A stretch of DNA of 32,000 nucleotides, taken from positions 1,020,001 through 1,052,000 of the forward strand of contig NZ_CP013213.1 in assembly GCF_001545095.1 (NCBI RefSeq), in the 5' to 3' direction. The notes under the pieces are model-generated. The model worked only from the letters and a program-made list of their open reading frames with translations, searched no databases and had not been told where the DNA came from. The DNA is from Erysipelothrix larvae (GTDB taxonomy: Bacteria; Bacillota_I; Bacilli_A; Erysipelotrichales; Erysipelotrichaceae). Below, in pieces: positions 1 through 10,500 of this stretch (positions within the stretch are counted from its first letter, which is position 1; each line of letters opens with the position of its first letter). The translations under genes and the position numbers were made by a program.

Positions 1-151
1 GACTCTCATTAAATGATAATGATACGGTCTCAGACTCTGTAGCAGTAAAAGCGGTTGATACATCGGCGGGTTTAAAATGTTTATACAATACAATTGCGCC
101 GGCTGAGACTATTAATACTAAACTGAATACAATTAAAATTATTTTCTTCAT
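1..151 (-). CDS. Partial CDS (N-terminus only, continues past window start): small membrane-anchored or secreted hypothetical protein
   Basis: Reverse-strand ATG at 151-149 preceded by SD AAGGAGGG (complement of 155-162). Reads MKKIILIVFSLVLIVSAGAIVLYKHFKPADVSTAFTATESETVSLSFNES with no stop down to position 1. Hydrophobic N-terminal helix. Absent from the ORF track because it runs off the window. Confidence 0.5.
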   Translation of the reverse strand, partial: MKKIILIVFSLVLIVSAGAIVLYKHFKPADVSTAFTATESETVSLSFNES

Positions 152-304
152 AGTCCCTCCTTACATGGTTTACATTACCATTATTTGTCGCTTATTTCAA
201 GGCTACACATAAATTCACATTCTTTAGGAAAGTTGTTTCATTTCCTTATCTTTTGTTTTAATATGTTTTAGGTTATAATTGTTGAGTTAGAAACGGGGGT
301 TAAT

Positions 305-3241
305 ATGTTCCTCAAACGAATTGAATTGCAAGGGTTTAAGTCCTTTGCAGATAAAACAGTCATTAACTTCGATCATTCGGTAACTGGGGTTGTAGGACCC
401 AATGGTTGTGGTAAGAGTAATATCAGTGATGCGATTCGCTGGGTTTTAGGAGAGCAATCTGTAAAATCAATGCGTGGCTCAAGCATGACGGATATTATCT
501 TTAATGGTTCAGAAAAAAGACGCCGTGTAAACCTTGCGGAAGTTACACTGGTTTTTGATAATGCAGAAAAGCCACTCAACAGTGATTTCGAAGAAGTCGA
601 AGTCACACGACGTCTCTATCGAGATACACGCGAATCAGAATATCTGATCAATAAAACACCCTGTCGTTTACGCGACATTCATGATTTAGTTATGGATACA
701 GGACTTGGACGTGATTCACTATCAATCATTTCACAAGGAAGTATCAGTTTTTTTGCGGAAGCGAAACCTCAAGAAAGACGAATGATATTTGAAGAAGCAG
801 CAGGTGTTGCGAAATACAAACGTCGTAAAATTGAATCCATCAGTAAACTTGAACGCACTCAAGAAAACATTGAACGGATGCAAGATATTGTTGAAGAAAT
901 TGAGAAACAAGTATCCCCACTGCGACGTGCAGCAAAAAAAGCAAAAATATTTTTAGAGAAAAAAGATGCGCTTGAAGCGATTGAAGTTTCTGTATTAGTC
1001 TCTGACATCTCAACGTTTCGAAAAGAAATTGATGAAACAAATACAATTATTTATGATCTAGAAGCACAAGTTGCGCAAACAGAAACGCAAATTGGTGTGT
1101 TAGAGCATGAACTTGAATCAAGCCGTCAAGAAGGATTTATCTTGGATCAAGGGATTGTAAAATCACAAGAGAAGATGATGAGTCTTGTACGAGAAATTGG
1201 GATTTTAGAAGCGCGTAAAATTGAAATTGAAGAAAAACGTAAATATACCCTTGAAGTTGGGAATGCTCAAGAACGTGCCAATGAATTGTATGCATTATTA
1301 AATGATGCGAAATTGGAATATAAAGAACGGTTTAAACGCCATGAGCTTTTAAAGGCGGAAGTGGATTTACACAATCAAGCTACTTATGAAAACAACCGGG
1401 TTATCCTTGATATTCAACAAAAAATAGATATGTTAAAGAGTCAACGGCAATCAACATTAAGTCGTTTAGATGTCTTGAAACATCGTCTTGAAAGACCCTA
1501 TGAACATCAATACGGTGTTCAGACCATCATGAACAATAAACATTCAATCTCAGGCATTCATGATACAGTCGGAAATCTTTTACTGCCTTTGGAAGGGTAT
1601 GAACTTGCTATATCAACAGCACTTGGTGGTGCTACAAACCATGTTGTCACTGATGATGATAAAGCTGCGGTTCATGCAATCCAATTCTTAAAACGAAACC
1701 GATCAGGACGTGCAACCTTTATTCCATTAACAGTTGTTAAACCACGCAGTGCAAATCATGATGTGTTAACGATTGCACATAATACCCAAGGATTTAAAGG
1801 TATTGCCAGTGACTTTGTAGAAGTTGACGCGCGATATAGTGATCTCTCATTAAGTTTTATGGGCGATGTTTATGTATTTGATACCATTGAACATGCAAAC
1901 ACTTTAGCAAAACGCGTAAACTATAATGCAAAGATTGTGACATTAGATGGGGATGTCATCCATCGCGGTGGAACGATGTCTGGTGGTCAAAACAAAAATC
2001 AATCAAATTCAATTGCTGAAATACGCCGTGATATCGATCGATTTGAAGAAACCATCAAACGCAATGATATCGAATTGGATGCACTCAATGTCGACTTGAC
2101 ACACATTAAAAATAAGCATCTAAAAGATAATGAACTCTTGATGGAAAAACGGATTGCACTTGCACAAATAGAACCACTGCTTGATGTAAAACGGTCAAAA
2201 TATGAAAGTTTAAAATCAGATTATGATGCATTAGAACTTGAATCCGATAAGAATGAGAAACTGGATGATGATGTCATCACACAACTCAATCGCGCATATA
2301 TGGAACGTGATGAGTTGACATCAAAATTGTCATTAGATCATGAACGTCGTTTAAATCTATCCAATGAGATTCAACGTAAAGAATTAACACTGCGCCAACA
2401 CCGACAAGATTTAAACGGGCGTAACCAACTGTTAAACAATCACAAAATGACGAATGTCAAACGTGAAACACAGTGTGAAAGCTTGCTTGAACGTTTATCC
2501 AGTGAGTATCAAATGACCTTTGAATATGCTTCAGAGAATGTCTTTGATGGATTAAAATCAACGAAACGTGAAGAAGTATTATTATTGCGTGATGAGATTT
2601 CGAAGCTAGGGAATGTTAATTTAGATGCTCCTGAAGAATATGAAGCCATTAATGAACGCTATGAATTCTTAACAACACAACTTCATGATTTAACCGACAG
2701 TCGTCAAAAACTCTTGGATATTATCGAAGAAATGGATGAGATCATGAGTGTTCAATTTAAAGAAATGTTTGATAAGATTAATCAAGAATTATCTGCAGTC
2801 TTTACCCAACTCTTTAATGGTGGAAAGGCAAAACTTGTCCTAGAGGACCCCGATGATTTGCTCAATACAGGGGTGGATATAGATGTTCAACCTCCAGGAA
2901 AATCGGTACAAAACATTCGCTTGTTTTCAGGGGGTGAGAAATCACTCATTGCGATTTCAGTCTTGTTCTCAATTTTAAAAGCACGCCATGTGCCATTATG
3001 TATCTTTGATGAAGTTGAAGCAGCACTTGACCAGGTAAATGTAGAGCGGCTTGCGACGTATATTCAATCTTTATCCGATGATACACAATTTATTGTCATT
3101 ACACACCGTTCAGGAACCATGGAACGCTGTGATGTACTTTACGGGGTTACAATGCCAACACAAGGTGTTTCATCCTTGTTGAAGGTACAACTTGAAGAAG
3201 CAATTGAATTAAAGGAGGAAGTGACAAATGGGGCTGTTTAA
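305..3241 (+). CDS. smc: Chromosome condensation/segregation ATPase SMC
   Basis: 978 aa. N-terminal Walker A GPNGCGKSN, long charged coiled-coil arms, central hinge (GIHDTVGNLL...ALGGA), C-terminal signature LFSGGEKSL and Walker B CIFDEVEAALD. SD ACGGGGG upstream of the ATG. Confidence 0.95.
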   Translation: MFLKRIELQGFKSFADKTVINFDHSVTGVVGPNGCGKSNISDAIRWVLGEQSVKSMRGSSMTDIIFNGSEKRRRVNLAEVTLVFDNAEKPLNSDFEEVEVTRRLYRDTRESEYLINKTPCRLRDIHDLVMDTGLGRDSLSIISQGSISFFAEAKPQERRMIFEEAAGVAKYKRRKIESISKLERTQENIERMQDIVEEIEKQVSPLRRAAKKAKIFLEKKDALEAIEVSVLVSDISTFRKEIDETNTIIYDLEAQVAQTETQIGVLEHELESSRQEGFILDQGIVKSQEKMMSLVREIGILEARKIEIEEKRKYTLEVGNAQERANELYALLNDAKLEYKERFKRHELLKAEVDLHNQATYENNRVILDIQQKIDMLKSQRQSTLSRLDVLKHRLERPYEHQYGVQTIMNNKHSISGIHDTVGNLLLPLEGYELAISTALGGATNHVVTDDDKAAVHAIQFLKRNRSGRATFIPLTVVKPRSANHDVLTIAHNTQGFKGIASDFVEVDARYSDLSLSFMGDVYVFDTIEHANTLAKRVNYNAKIVTLDGDVIHRGGTMSGGQNKNQSNSIAEIRRDIDRFEETIKRNDIELDALNVDLTHIKNKHLKDNELLMEKRIALAQIEPLLDVKRSKYESLKSDYDALELESDKNEKLDDDVITQLNRAYMERDELTSKLSLDHERRLNLSNEIQRKELTLRQHRQDLNGRNQLLNNHKMTNVKRETQCESLLERLSSEYQMTFEYASENVFDGLKSTKREEVLLLRDEISKLGNVNLDAPEEYEAINERYEFLTTQLHDLTDSRQKLLDIIEEMDEIMSVQFKEMFDKINQELSAVFTQLFNGGKAKLVLEDPDDLLNTGVDIDVQPPGKSVQNIRLFSGGEKSLIAISVLFSILKARHVPLCIFDEVEAALDQVNVERLATYIQSLSDDTQFIVITHRSGTMERCDVLYGVTMPTQGVSSLLKVQLEEAIELKEEVTNGAV

Positions 3242-4181
3242 TAAAATTAAAGGTGCGTTTTCATCAAAAAAAGATGAAACTGTCTATAACACCGGGCTAT
3301 CAACGACACAAAAATCATTTGGGTCCAAACTACTTCAAATGTTTCAAGGAGATGTTACTTTTGATGATGCGTGGTATGACAATCTCTTAGGATTATTAAT
3401 TCAATCCGATGTATCACTCAAAAGTGCTCAAAAGATTCTCAAAGGTTTACGTAAACGAATCAAGAAGAACATGGATGACACTGATGCACTCAATACATTA
3501 ATTGAATTAATCGAGCAAAACTATGGAGAAGACATTGCACCCTATACGCTTGAAGAAGGCCGTCTTAATGTCATTATGATTGTGGGTGTGAATGGTTCAG
3601 GAAAAACAACAACCTGCGCCAAACTCGCGAAGCGATATAAGGACATGGGCTATAAAGTATTATTGGTTGGTGGTGATACGTTTCGTGCCGCAGGAAGTAA
3701 TCAATTAAAACTATGGGCTCAAAACCTTGAGATTGATTTTGTGGGTGGAAATGATAACCAAGATCCTGCATCTGTGTATGTTGATGCAGCACGCTATGCA
3801 AAAGACAATGAGTTCGACTTGATGATTTGTGATAGTGCAGGCCGTCTTCAAAATAAGATTAATCTTATGAATGAACTTGAAAAGATGCGTCGAGTATTAA
3901 TTAAGGAAACTGGTTTTATTGATCAAACCTACTTAGTACTGGATGGAAACACTGGACAAAATGGGCTTGCGCAAGCGAAGACCTTTACAGAAGTTGCGGA
4001 TGTCACTTCGATTATAGTAACAAAACTCGATGGGTCTCCAAAGGGTGGTGTACTCTTAAGTATTAAAGATGAACTGGGTGTAAAAGCTAGTTTCATAGGG
4101 TTGGGAGAATCCGTTGAAGACCTTCGACCATTTGAAATTAAGGCTTATTTATCAGGTATGGTCTTTGGCGATGAGTATTGA
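3228..4181 (+). CDS. ftsY: Signal recognition particle receptor FtsY
   Basis: 317 aa. SRP-GTPase motifs GVNGSGKTTT, DTFRAA, DSAGR, TKLDG. No Ffh M-domain. Overlaps the smc stop by 14 nt. SD AAGGAGG upstream. Confidence 0.95.
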   Translation: MGLFNKIKGAFSSKKDETVYNTGLSTTQKSFGSKLLQMFQGDVTFDDAWYDNLLGLLIQSDVSLKSAQKILKGLRKRIKKNMDDTDALNTLIELIEQNYGEDIAPYTLEEGRLNVIMIVGVNGSGKTTTCAKLAKRYKDMGYKVLLVGGDTFRAAGSNQLKLWAQNLEIDFVGGNDNQDPASVYVDAARYAKDNEFDLMICDSAGRLQNKINLMNELEKMRRVLIKETGFIDQTYLVLDGNTGQNGLAQAKTFTEVADVTSIIVTKLDGSPKGGVLLSIKDELGVKASFIGLGESVEDLRPFEIKAYLSGMVFGDEY

Positions 4182-4491
4182 AAAAACACTAAGAGTGAAT
4201 GAATTGTTTGATATGTATGCGCCATTATTAACAGAAAAACAACAAGAAGTCATTCGTTACTATTTTCACGAAGATTTATCGTACCAAGAGATCGCTGAGA
4301 TATTGCATATTAGTAGGTCGGGAGTGTATGATAATATCAAGCGAGCTGTGGACTTATTGGAAGAAACAGAACGTAAATTAGGGTTTGTTAAGCAAACCAA
4401 CACATTAATTAACGCTTTAAATAAACTCGAAGATAAAAGAGTGGACAAGATTGTTAATGAATATTTAAAAGGAGGAAATTATGAGTCATAA
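4171..4491 (+). CDS. ylxM: YlxM/UPF0122 small helix-turn-helix protein (SRP-operon associated)
   Basis: The track ORF starts at 4114, but the homologous N-terminus MSIEKTLRVNELFDMY begins at ATG 4171 (11-nt overlap with ftsY). Sigma-70 region-4-like HTH LSYQEIAEILHISRSGVYDNIKR. Position right after ftsY is typical for ylxM. Confidence 0.8.
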   Translation: MSIEKTLRVNELFDMYAPLLTEKQQEVIRYYFHEDLSYQEIAEILHISRSGVYDNIKRAVDLLEETERKLGFVKQTNTLINALNKLEDKRVDKIVNEYLKGGNYES

Positions 4492-5683
4492 AGTATTAGC
4501 AGTAAACGCGGGGAGTAGTTCATTAAAGTTTCAATTATTTGAAATGCCAGGGGATGTTGTATTAGCATCTGGAATCGTTGAAAGAATTGGTATCAACGAT
4601 GGAATTTTCACAATTAAATTTAACGGAAAAAAAGTATCAGACACATTGGATATACCAAACCATTCAGTTGCTGTTGAACTTGTATTAAAAGGATTAGTTG
4701 ACAACAACATTCTTACAGACTTATCAGAAGTTGTCGCTGTTGGGCACCGTGTAGTACACGGAGGTGAAAACTTCAAAGGATCAGTATTTGCATCCGAAGA
4801 AAATATCGCAGTTGTCGAAGATCTTGCAGATTTAGCACCACTTCACAACCCAGCAAACCTTGTTGGATATCACGCATTTAAAGAAGCACTACCAAAAGCG
4901 ACACATACATTGTCATTTGACACAGCATTTCATCAAACAATGAAACCTGAAGTGTATGTTTATCCATTACCATATGAATACTACACAGACTTAAATGTAC
5001 GTCGTTATGGTATGCATGGTATTTCACACCAATATGTATCAAACCGTTTATCAGAACTTGAAGGAAAAGGACCTGAAGGCTTTAACGTAATTACCTTACA
5101 CTTAGGAAATGGTGCATCAATTTCAGCAGTTAAAGATGGTGTATGTATCAATACGTCAATGGGATTCACACCACTTGCTGGGATTATGATGGGAACACGT
5201 ACTGGGGATGTTGATCCTGCAATCGTAACATACTTAATGCGTAAACTTGATAAAACCGCTGAAGAAATCATTGATATCTTCAATAAAAAATCAGGAATGC
5301 TTGGTGTAAGTGGACTATCAAGTGATGCACGTGACATCGAAAATGCAATCGCTGAAGGAAATGAACGTGCCATATTAACACGAGACATCTATGCACAACG
5401 TGTGTTACAAGTAGTGGGTGGTTATGCACTACAATTGGGCCATGTGGATGCAATTGCCTTTACTGCAGGTGTTGGTGAGAACGATGGTGGAATTCGTGAA
5501 GCTGTATTGGAACTTCTTGGACCAGGACTAAACATTCAATTTGATAAAGAGCTCAATGCTAAAACACGTGGGAAGGAAATCAAAATCAGTACATCTGAAT
5601 CAGATGTTGCTGTTTGGGTAGTACCTACAAATGAAGAACTCGTTATCGCTACAGACGCATATTCCATCCACAACAGTAAATAA
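4481..5683 (+). CDS. ackA: Acetate kinase
   Basis: 400 aa. N-terminal VLAVNAGSSSLKFQLF, HRVVHGG, and GFTPLAGIMMGTRTGDVDP motifs typical of AckA. SD AAAGGAGG upstream. Confidence 0.95.
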   Translation: MSHKVLAVNAGSSSLKFQLFEMPGDVVLASGIVERIGINDGIFTIKFNGKKVSDTLDIPNHSVAVELVLKGLVDNNILTDLSEVVAVGHRVVHGGENFKGSVFASEENIAVVEDLADLAPLHNPANLVGYHAFKEALPKATHTLSFDTAFHQTMKPEVYVYPLPYEYYTDLNVRRYGMHGISHQYVSNRLSELEGKGPEGFNVITLHLGNGASISAVKDGVCINTSMGFTPLAGIMMGTRTGDVDPAIVTYLMRKLDKTAEEIIDIFNKKSGMLGVSGLSSDARDIENAIAEGNERAILTRDIYAQRVLQVVGGYALQLGHVDAIAFTAGVGENDGGIREAVLELLGPGLNIQFDKELNAKTRGKEIKISTSESDVAVWVVPTNEELVIATDAYSIHNSK

Positions 5684-6599
5684 ATTTTACGAACTTGTTG
5701 AGCGCTATGATACAATCTGCATCTTCCGTCATGAAAACCCTGATGGGGATGCCTTTGGGGCTCAATGTGGATTAAAGCATGCACTCAGTTCTCTGTACCC
5801 ACATAAGCGCATAGTAGCACTTGGGGGAAATGGAACTGGACTACCACTCTTTCCGTTAATGGATGAAGTGGACGATGCGTGTATTTCTGGATCTCTTGCT
5901 ATTATTGTCGATTGTGCGAATCGTGAACGCATTGATGATAAACGATTTGATTTAGCACAAACACTCATAAAAATAGATCATCACCCTGAGGTCGATATCT
6001 ATGGAGATTTGAGTTATGTTGTTCCAACCAAATCAAGTGCTTGCGAGATTGTTTCAGAACTTTTAATGGTGAAAGAGTGTCTTGATGAGATCTCTTCAAG
6101 CTATTTACTCGCTGGGATGATGACGGATACAATTCGATTCTCTATTGAGACCACCACAGCGGATACACTGATGATTGCATCACATTTAATGACCTATGGT
6201 GCAAACATCAACAAACTATCGAATATGTTCTTTACAAAGGATCTAAAGAAACATTCAATTGAAGTACAACTTGCACCACACATTCAATATAAAGATGGTG
6301 TTGCATGGCTCATAATTAATCAAGCGTTACGGGAATCTTTAGGACTGAGTGTTGCTGAAGCAAAACTTTTCAACAATATCATGTCAGGCATTAAAGAATA
6401 CAAGATATGGGCTATTTTTGTTGAGGAAGCGGATGGTCTTTATTTAGGATCACTGCGCTCACAATCTGTAACAATTAATACAATTGCACAACAATACAAC
6501 GGTGGGGGTCATCGATTAGCAAGTGGTTTGAGACAATTAACGCGTCAGGATGTTGACGAAGTACTCGAAAAACTAATGCACGCGCAAAATAATGGGTGA
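5631..6599 (+). CDS. nrnA: DHH/DHHA1-family phosphoesterase, NrnA-like (oligoribonuclease / pAp phosphatase type)
   Basis: DHH motifs HENPDGDAFGA, VDCAN, IDHHP and DHHA1 motif GGGHRLASG. The only canonical in-frame start is ATG 5631, 53 nt inside ackA (see finding). Confidence 0.8.
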   Translation: MKNSLSLQTHIPSTTVNKFYELVERYDTICIFRHENPDGDAFGAQCGLKHALSSLYPHKRIVALGGNGTGLPLFPLMDEVDDACISGSLAIIVDCANRERIDDKRFDLAQTLIKIDHHPEVDIYGDLSYVVPTKSSACEIVSELLMVKECLDEISSSYLLAGMMTDTIRFSIETTTADTLMIASHLMTYGANINKLSNMFFTKDLKKHSIEVQLAPHIQYKDGVAWLIINQALRESLGLSVAEAKLFNNIMSGIKEYKIWAIFVEEADGLYLGSLRSQSVTINTIAQQYNGGGHRLASGLRQLTRQDVDEVLEKLMHAQNNG

Positions 6600-6603
6600 T
6601 GCG

Positions 6604-7398
6604 ATGAATCGAAAACCAATTAAAATGGTGCTCACTGACTTAGATGCAACACTTCTTAAAGATGACAAAACATTATCAGAATATACTTTAAATGTAATCC
6701 AACGCTTAAGAGATAAAGACATAAAGTTTGTGCCAGCTACTGCTCGTGCACATCGTGTTCTACAAAGACTTCAATTGCTTTCAATACTGCCTCATGATAG
6801 TCTTATTCTTCTGAATGGCGGACGTATTATGAAGGATGAATTTGTGATCTTTGATCAAGGACTCAATCCCAATCAACGCGATCACGTACTAAAGATTCTG
6901 TGTTCACACTTTCCAACTGAAAGAATCTCAGTTGAAATGAATGATACCATGTATGTGAATCACAATATATGGGAAGTGGATCCCTATGAGCAAAACTATG
7001 TCCTAACAGACTTTAGTGATCTACCTCAAGCGATATCACCACGTATCATTATTGGATTGAAATCTCTCGATGATTATCCAAGATTACTGGATTGTCTTCC
7101 AGACTTTATGTATGCTCATAATATTGAGGGTACATCATTATGCAGGGTATTGCATCGATCAGTATCTAAAGCTGGTGCGATTCAACATCTTTGTGAGATG
7201 TGGGGATTTGACCGCAGCGAAATCGTGTGTTTTGGGGATGATCTTAACGATATTGAGATGTTCGAATACTGCGATCACGCTGTTGCAGTGGAGAATGCTT
7301 GTGATGAAGTAAAACAACGATCAACTGCAATCACAAAATCAAACAACGCAGATGGTGTTGCCTATTGGATTGAACAAAACATTCTTAATCAAGCTTAA
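6604..7398 (+). CDS. Cof-type HAD-IIB phosphatase
   Basis: HAD motif I LTDLDATLL and motif IV GDDLNDIEM, with a cap domain between them. ATG 6604 is preferred because GGGTGAT (SD-like) lies just upstream. Alternative ATG at 6592. Confidence 0.85.
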   Translation: MNRKPIKMVLTDLDATLLKDDKTLSEYTLNVIQRLRDKDIKFVPATARAHRVLQRLQLLSILPHDSLILLNGGRIMKDEFVIFDQGLNPNQRDHVLKILCSHFPTERISVEMNDTMYVNHNIWEVDPYEQNYVLTDFSDLPQAISPRIIIGLKSLDDYPRLLDCLPDFMYAHNIEGTSLCRVLHRSVSKAGAIQHLCEMWGFDRSEIVCFGDDLNDIEMFEYCDHAVAVENACDEVKQRSTAITKSNNADGVAYWIEQNILNQA

Positions 7399-7401
7399 TC
7401 G

Positions 7402-7440
7402 AAGTATCTATTGCAAATATTCGCAGTAGATACTTTTTTT
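7402..7440 (+). terminator. Rho-independent terminator after the cof-type phosphatase
   Basis: AAGTATCTA (7402-7410) pairs with TAGATACTT (7427-7435), with an inner TGC/GCA pair, followed by a T-run to 7440. Confidence 0.7.
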
Positions 7441-7554
7441 AAGAAGACTGTTAAAAAAGAGATACAAAAATATTTATGTTTTCACACTGATTTGTATTAT
7501 TTATTCAGTTATTTATAGGTTCTTCATGTATAATAATATCAAGAGGTGATAGGT

Positions 7555-10500
7555 GTGGCCGTTCATTTAAGCGTAAGAAGTCATTTTTCATTACTTAATG
7601 GAACAATGTCTGTTGAGGATGTTGTTTTAACTGCAAAAAACCGTGGCTATACCTCAGTTGCTCTGACTGAACACCATGTGCTTTTTTCAGCACTTGATTT
7701 CTATAATGCTGCTTTAAAACACGGAATTAAACCGATTATCGGACTTGAAATTAACATTGAAGACTATGAAAGTTTATTGATTGCTCGTAATAACAAAGGC
7801 TTAAAGTTATTATATCGACTTTCATATAAAATGAGCCAAAAAAAACCAATCGAATATGAAGACTTTAAAGATCAATTAGAAGATGTTTTCTTCATCTTAT
7901 ACGGTGAGTCTGGTCCTTTTGATGCGGACATCCTTCAAAACAATTGGACAGCGATTGAATCCAAACTGTTGACTATTAAACAAGCATGCCCGACTTTTTT
8001 CATCGGTCTTTCTCATCAAGAATCACGGTTTTTTAAAGCATCGAATCAACAATTAAGATTAATGGCATCAAACCATGATATCAAGTGTGTAGCGCTCCCT
8101 AAAGTATATTACAAAGATGAAAAGGACCATGATATTTACCAAGCACTTCGTGCAATCGACAAGGGAACCCACCTTCATGATAGTTCATTAAGTCTCAATC
8201 CTAATCGATGGTTTATTCCCAGTGAAAAAATGTTGGAACTCTACGACACACAACTTGTTAATGTTACAGATCATATTGCGGATTCATGTTCCATTAATTT
8301 ATATGAGTCGAAAACACAACTACCGCAGTTTGAAAACAATCATCACGTGTCAAATGAAGTGTACCTGAGTGAATTGAGTAAAATGGGGCTCAAGAAACGC
8401 TTGAACAATCAACTGTCTAAAGACTATCTTGAGCGTCTTGAGTTTGAATTGAATGTGATAACATCAATGCGGTTCACGGATTATTTTCTAATTGTTTATG
8501 ATGTTATTCGTTATGCAAAAACAAATGGCATTAATGTGGGGCCAGGACGTGGGAGTGCTGCGGGATCTTTGGTATCCTATTCCTTAGGAATTACCGATGT
8601 CGACCCGATGAAATATGGGCTCCTATTTGAACGATTTTTAAATCCAGAACGGATTACAATGCCAGATATTGACATTGACTTCCCGGATAATCGAAGGGAT
8701 GAGGTAATTGCTTATACAAAAGAAAAATACGGGAACAGCCATGTTGCGCACATCATTACCTTTGGAACCTTAAAAGCAAAACAAAGTTTTAGAGATGCAG
8801 CGCGTGTCTTACAGATATCCATTGGTAAAGTGAATCAAGTTGCGAAGCTTTTGGAAAATGATTCGCTTCAAAACACCTTTGATAAAAGTGCACGACTTCG
8901 CACAGTCGTGAATGGGGATGCCCAAATTAAGGCTGCATTTGAACTTGCAAACAAGCTTGAAAATTTACCACGACATGTAAGCATGCATGCTGCTGGGATT
9001 GTATTATCTAAAGGTGATTTGATCGATATCTGTCCTTTATATCAAATTGATGAAGACAACCAATGCATTCAATTTGATATGACTAATATTGAATCATTAG
9101 GTCTTATCAAAATCGATTATTTAGGCATTCGAAACCTTACAATCATTCAAAATGTGGTGGATGAAATCAATAGAACAGATCCATCCTTTAACTTAAAAAA
9201 CATCCCACTTGATGATCCTCAAACTTTTAAAATGCTTCAAGATGGTGATACCTTGGGGATATTCCAACTTGAGTCAGATGGGATGAAACAGCTGTTAAGA
9301 CGGATGAAACCCATGCAATTTACGGATATTGTAGACGCAAATGCACTCTTTAGACCCGGTCCAATGGAAAATATACCAGTATATATTGAAAATAAGGCCA
9401 ATCCACAGAAGATTACGTATATTCATGAGAACTTAAAATCTATTACAACCTCAACACATGGTGTTCTAATTTATCAAGAACAAATCATGGAAGTTGCGAA
9501 AGTGTTTGCAGGTTTCTCCCTAGGAAAAGCAGATATCTTAAGACGTGCTATGGGTAAAAAAGACGCAGGGGTCCTTGAGAGTTTACGAGAAGATTTCGTG
9601 AATGGATGTTTAAATAATGGCTATACTCAATCGGTAGCAGTTGAAATCTTCGAGTTGATATATAAGTTTGCAAATTATGGATTTAATAAGTCGCACTCAT
9701 TAGCATACAGTTTGATATCCTATCAAATGGCATATCTTAAAGCCAACTATCCAGAAATATTCTATACATATCTTCTCACCTCCTCAATTGGAAGTGATCA
9801 AAAAACAGGGCAGACGTTGGATGAATGTCGTCGCCGTGGATTAACAATCCTACCGATTGACATCAATGAAAGCTATGATGGATATACCTACAAACAGGGT
9901 GGCATACGCGTACCATTCTCAGTATTAAAAGGGATGAGTCAATCAACCGCACAGACGATTGTTGAAGAACGCGAAGCATATGGTCAGTTTGAATCAATCT
10001 TTGAATGCTTTGCCCGACTTAAAGAGATTCAGCTCAATCGAAAACAACTTGAGAGTTTGATTGATGTGGGAGCCTTTGATTCACTCTTTGATTCTCGAAG
10101 TGTTCTTAGAAATCGATTAGAAGATTTACTTCAATACGCAGATCTTGTCCGCATAACGGATGAATCAATGCGATTCAATTTCTCAATAGTGAGTGTTCCT
10201 TATTTAGCGGCTCAAAAAGATTCGTCTGCTTATCGTTTATATGGCGAACAATCAACGCTTGGGTTTTATTTAAGTGAACATCCAACAACATCGTTTAAGA
10301 AAAAACACCAATTGCCATCGTTGGTATCACTCAAAGCACCGATGAATGATATCAAACTTGTAGCAATTGTAGATAAAGTTAAAAAGCATCGTGCAAAAAA
10401 TGGTAAAATGATGGCGTTTTTAAGTATTAGTGATGATACAGGCACATGTGATGCGATTTTGTTTCCAAATCTTTATGATAGTGTTGGTGAGTTGGTCAAC

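Noticed and set aside
2455-2470. parS-like sequence TGTCAAACGTGAAACA inside smc (14 of 16 matches to TGTTNCACGTGAAACA)
   Set aside because: One of the two mismatches breaks the central CACGTG core, and the left half-site is not palindromic. A rough estimate gives about a 5% chance of such a match in 32 kb. It sits in coding sequence with no other support.
4114-4170. Longer N-terminal extensions offered by the track: ylxM from 4114, deacetylase from 16812, dnaE from 7546, murG from 20912, divIB from 21984
   Set aside because: In each case a downstream start has a properly spaced SD and matches the expected family N-terminus. The upstream starts lie inside the preceding gene or inside the SD itself.
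4531-5388. Antisense ORFs within ackA (4531-4776 -, 5005-5388 -)
   Set aside because: Fully embedded antisense in a highly conserved acetate kinase gene, with no translation signals.
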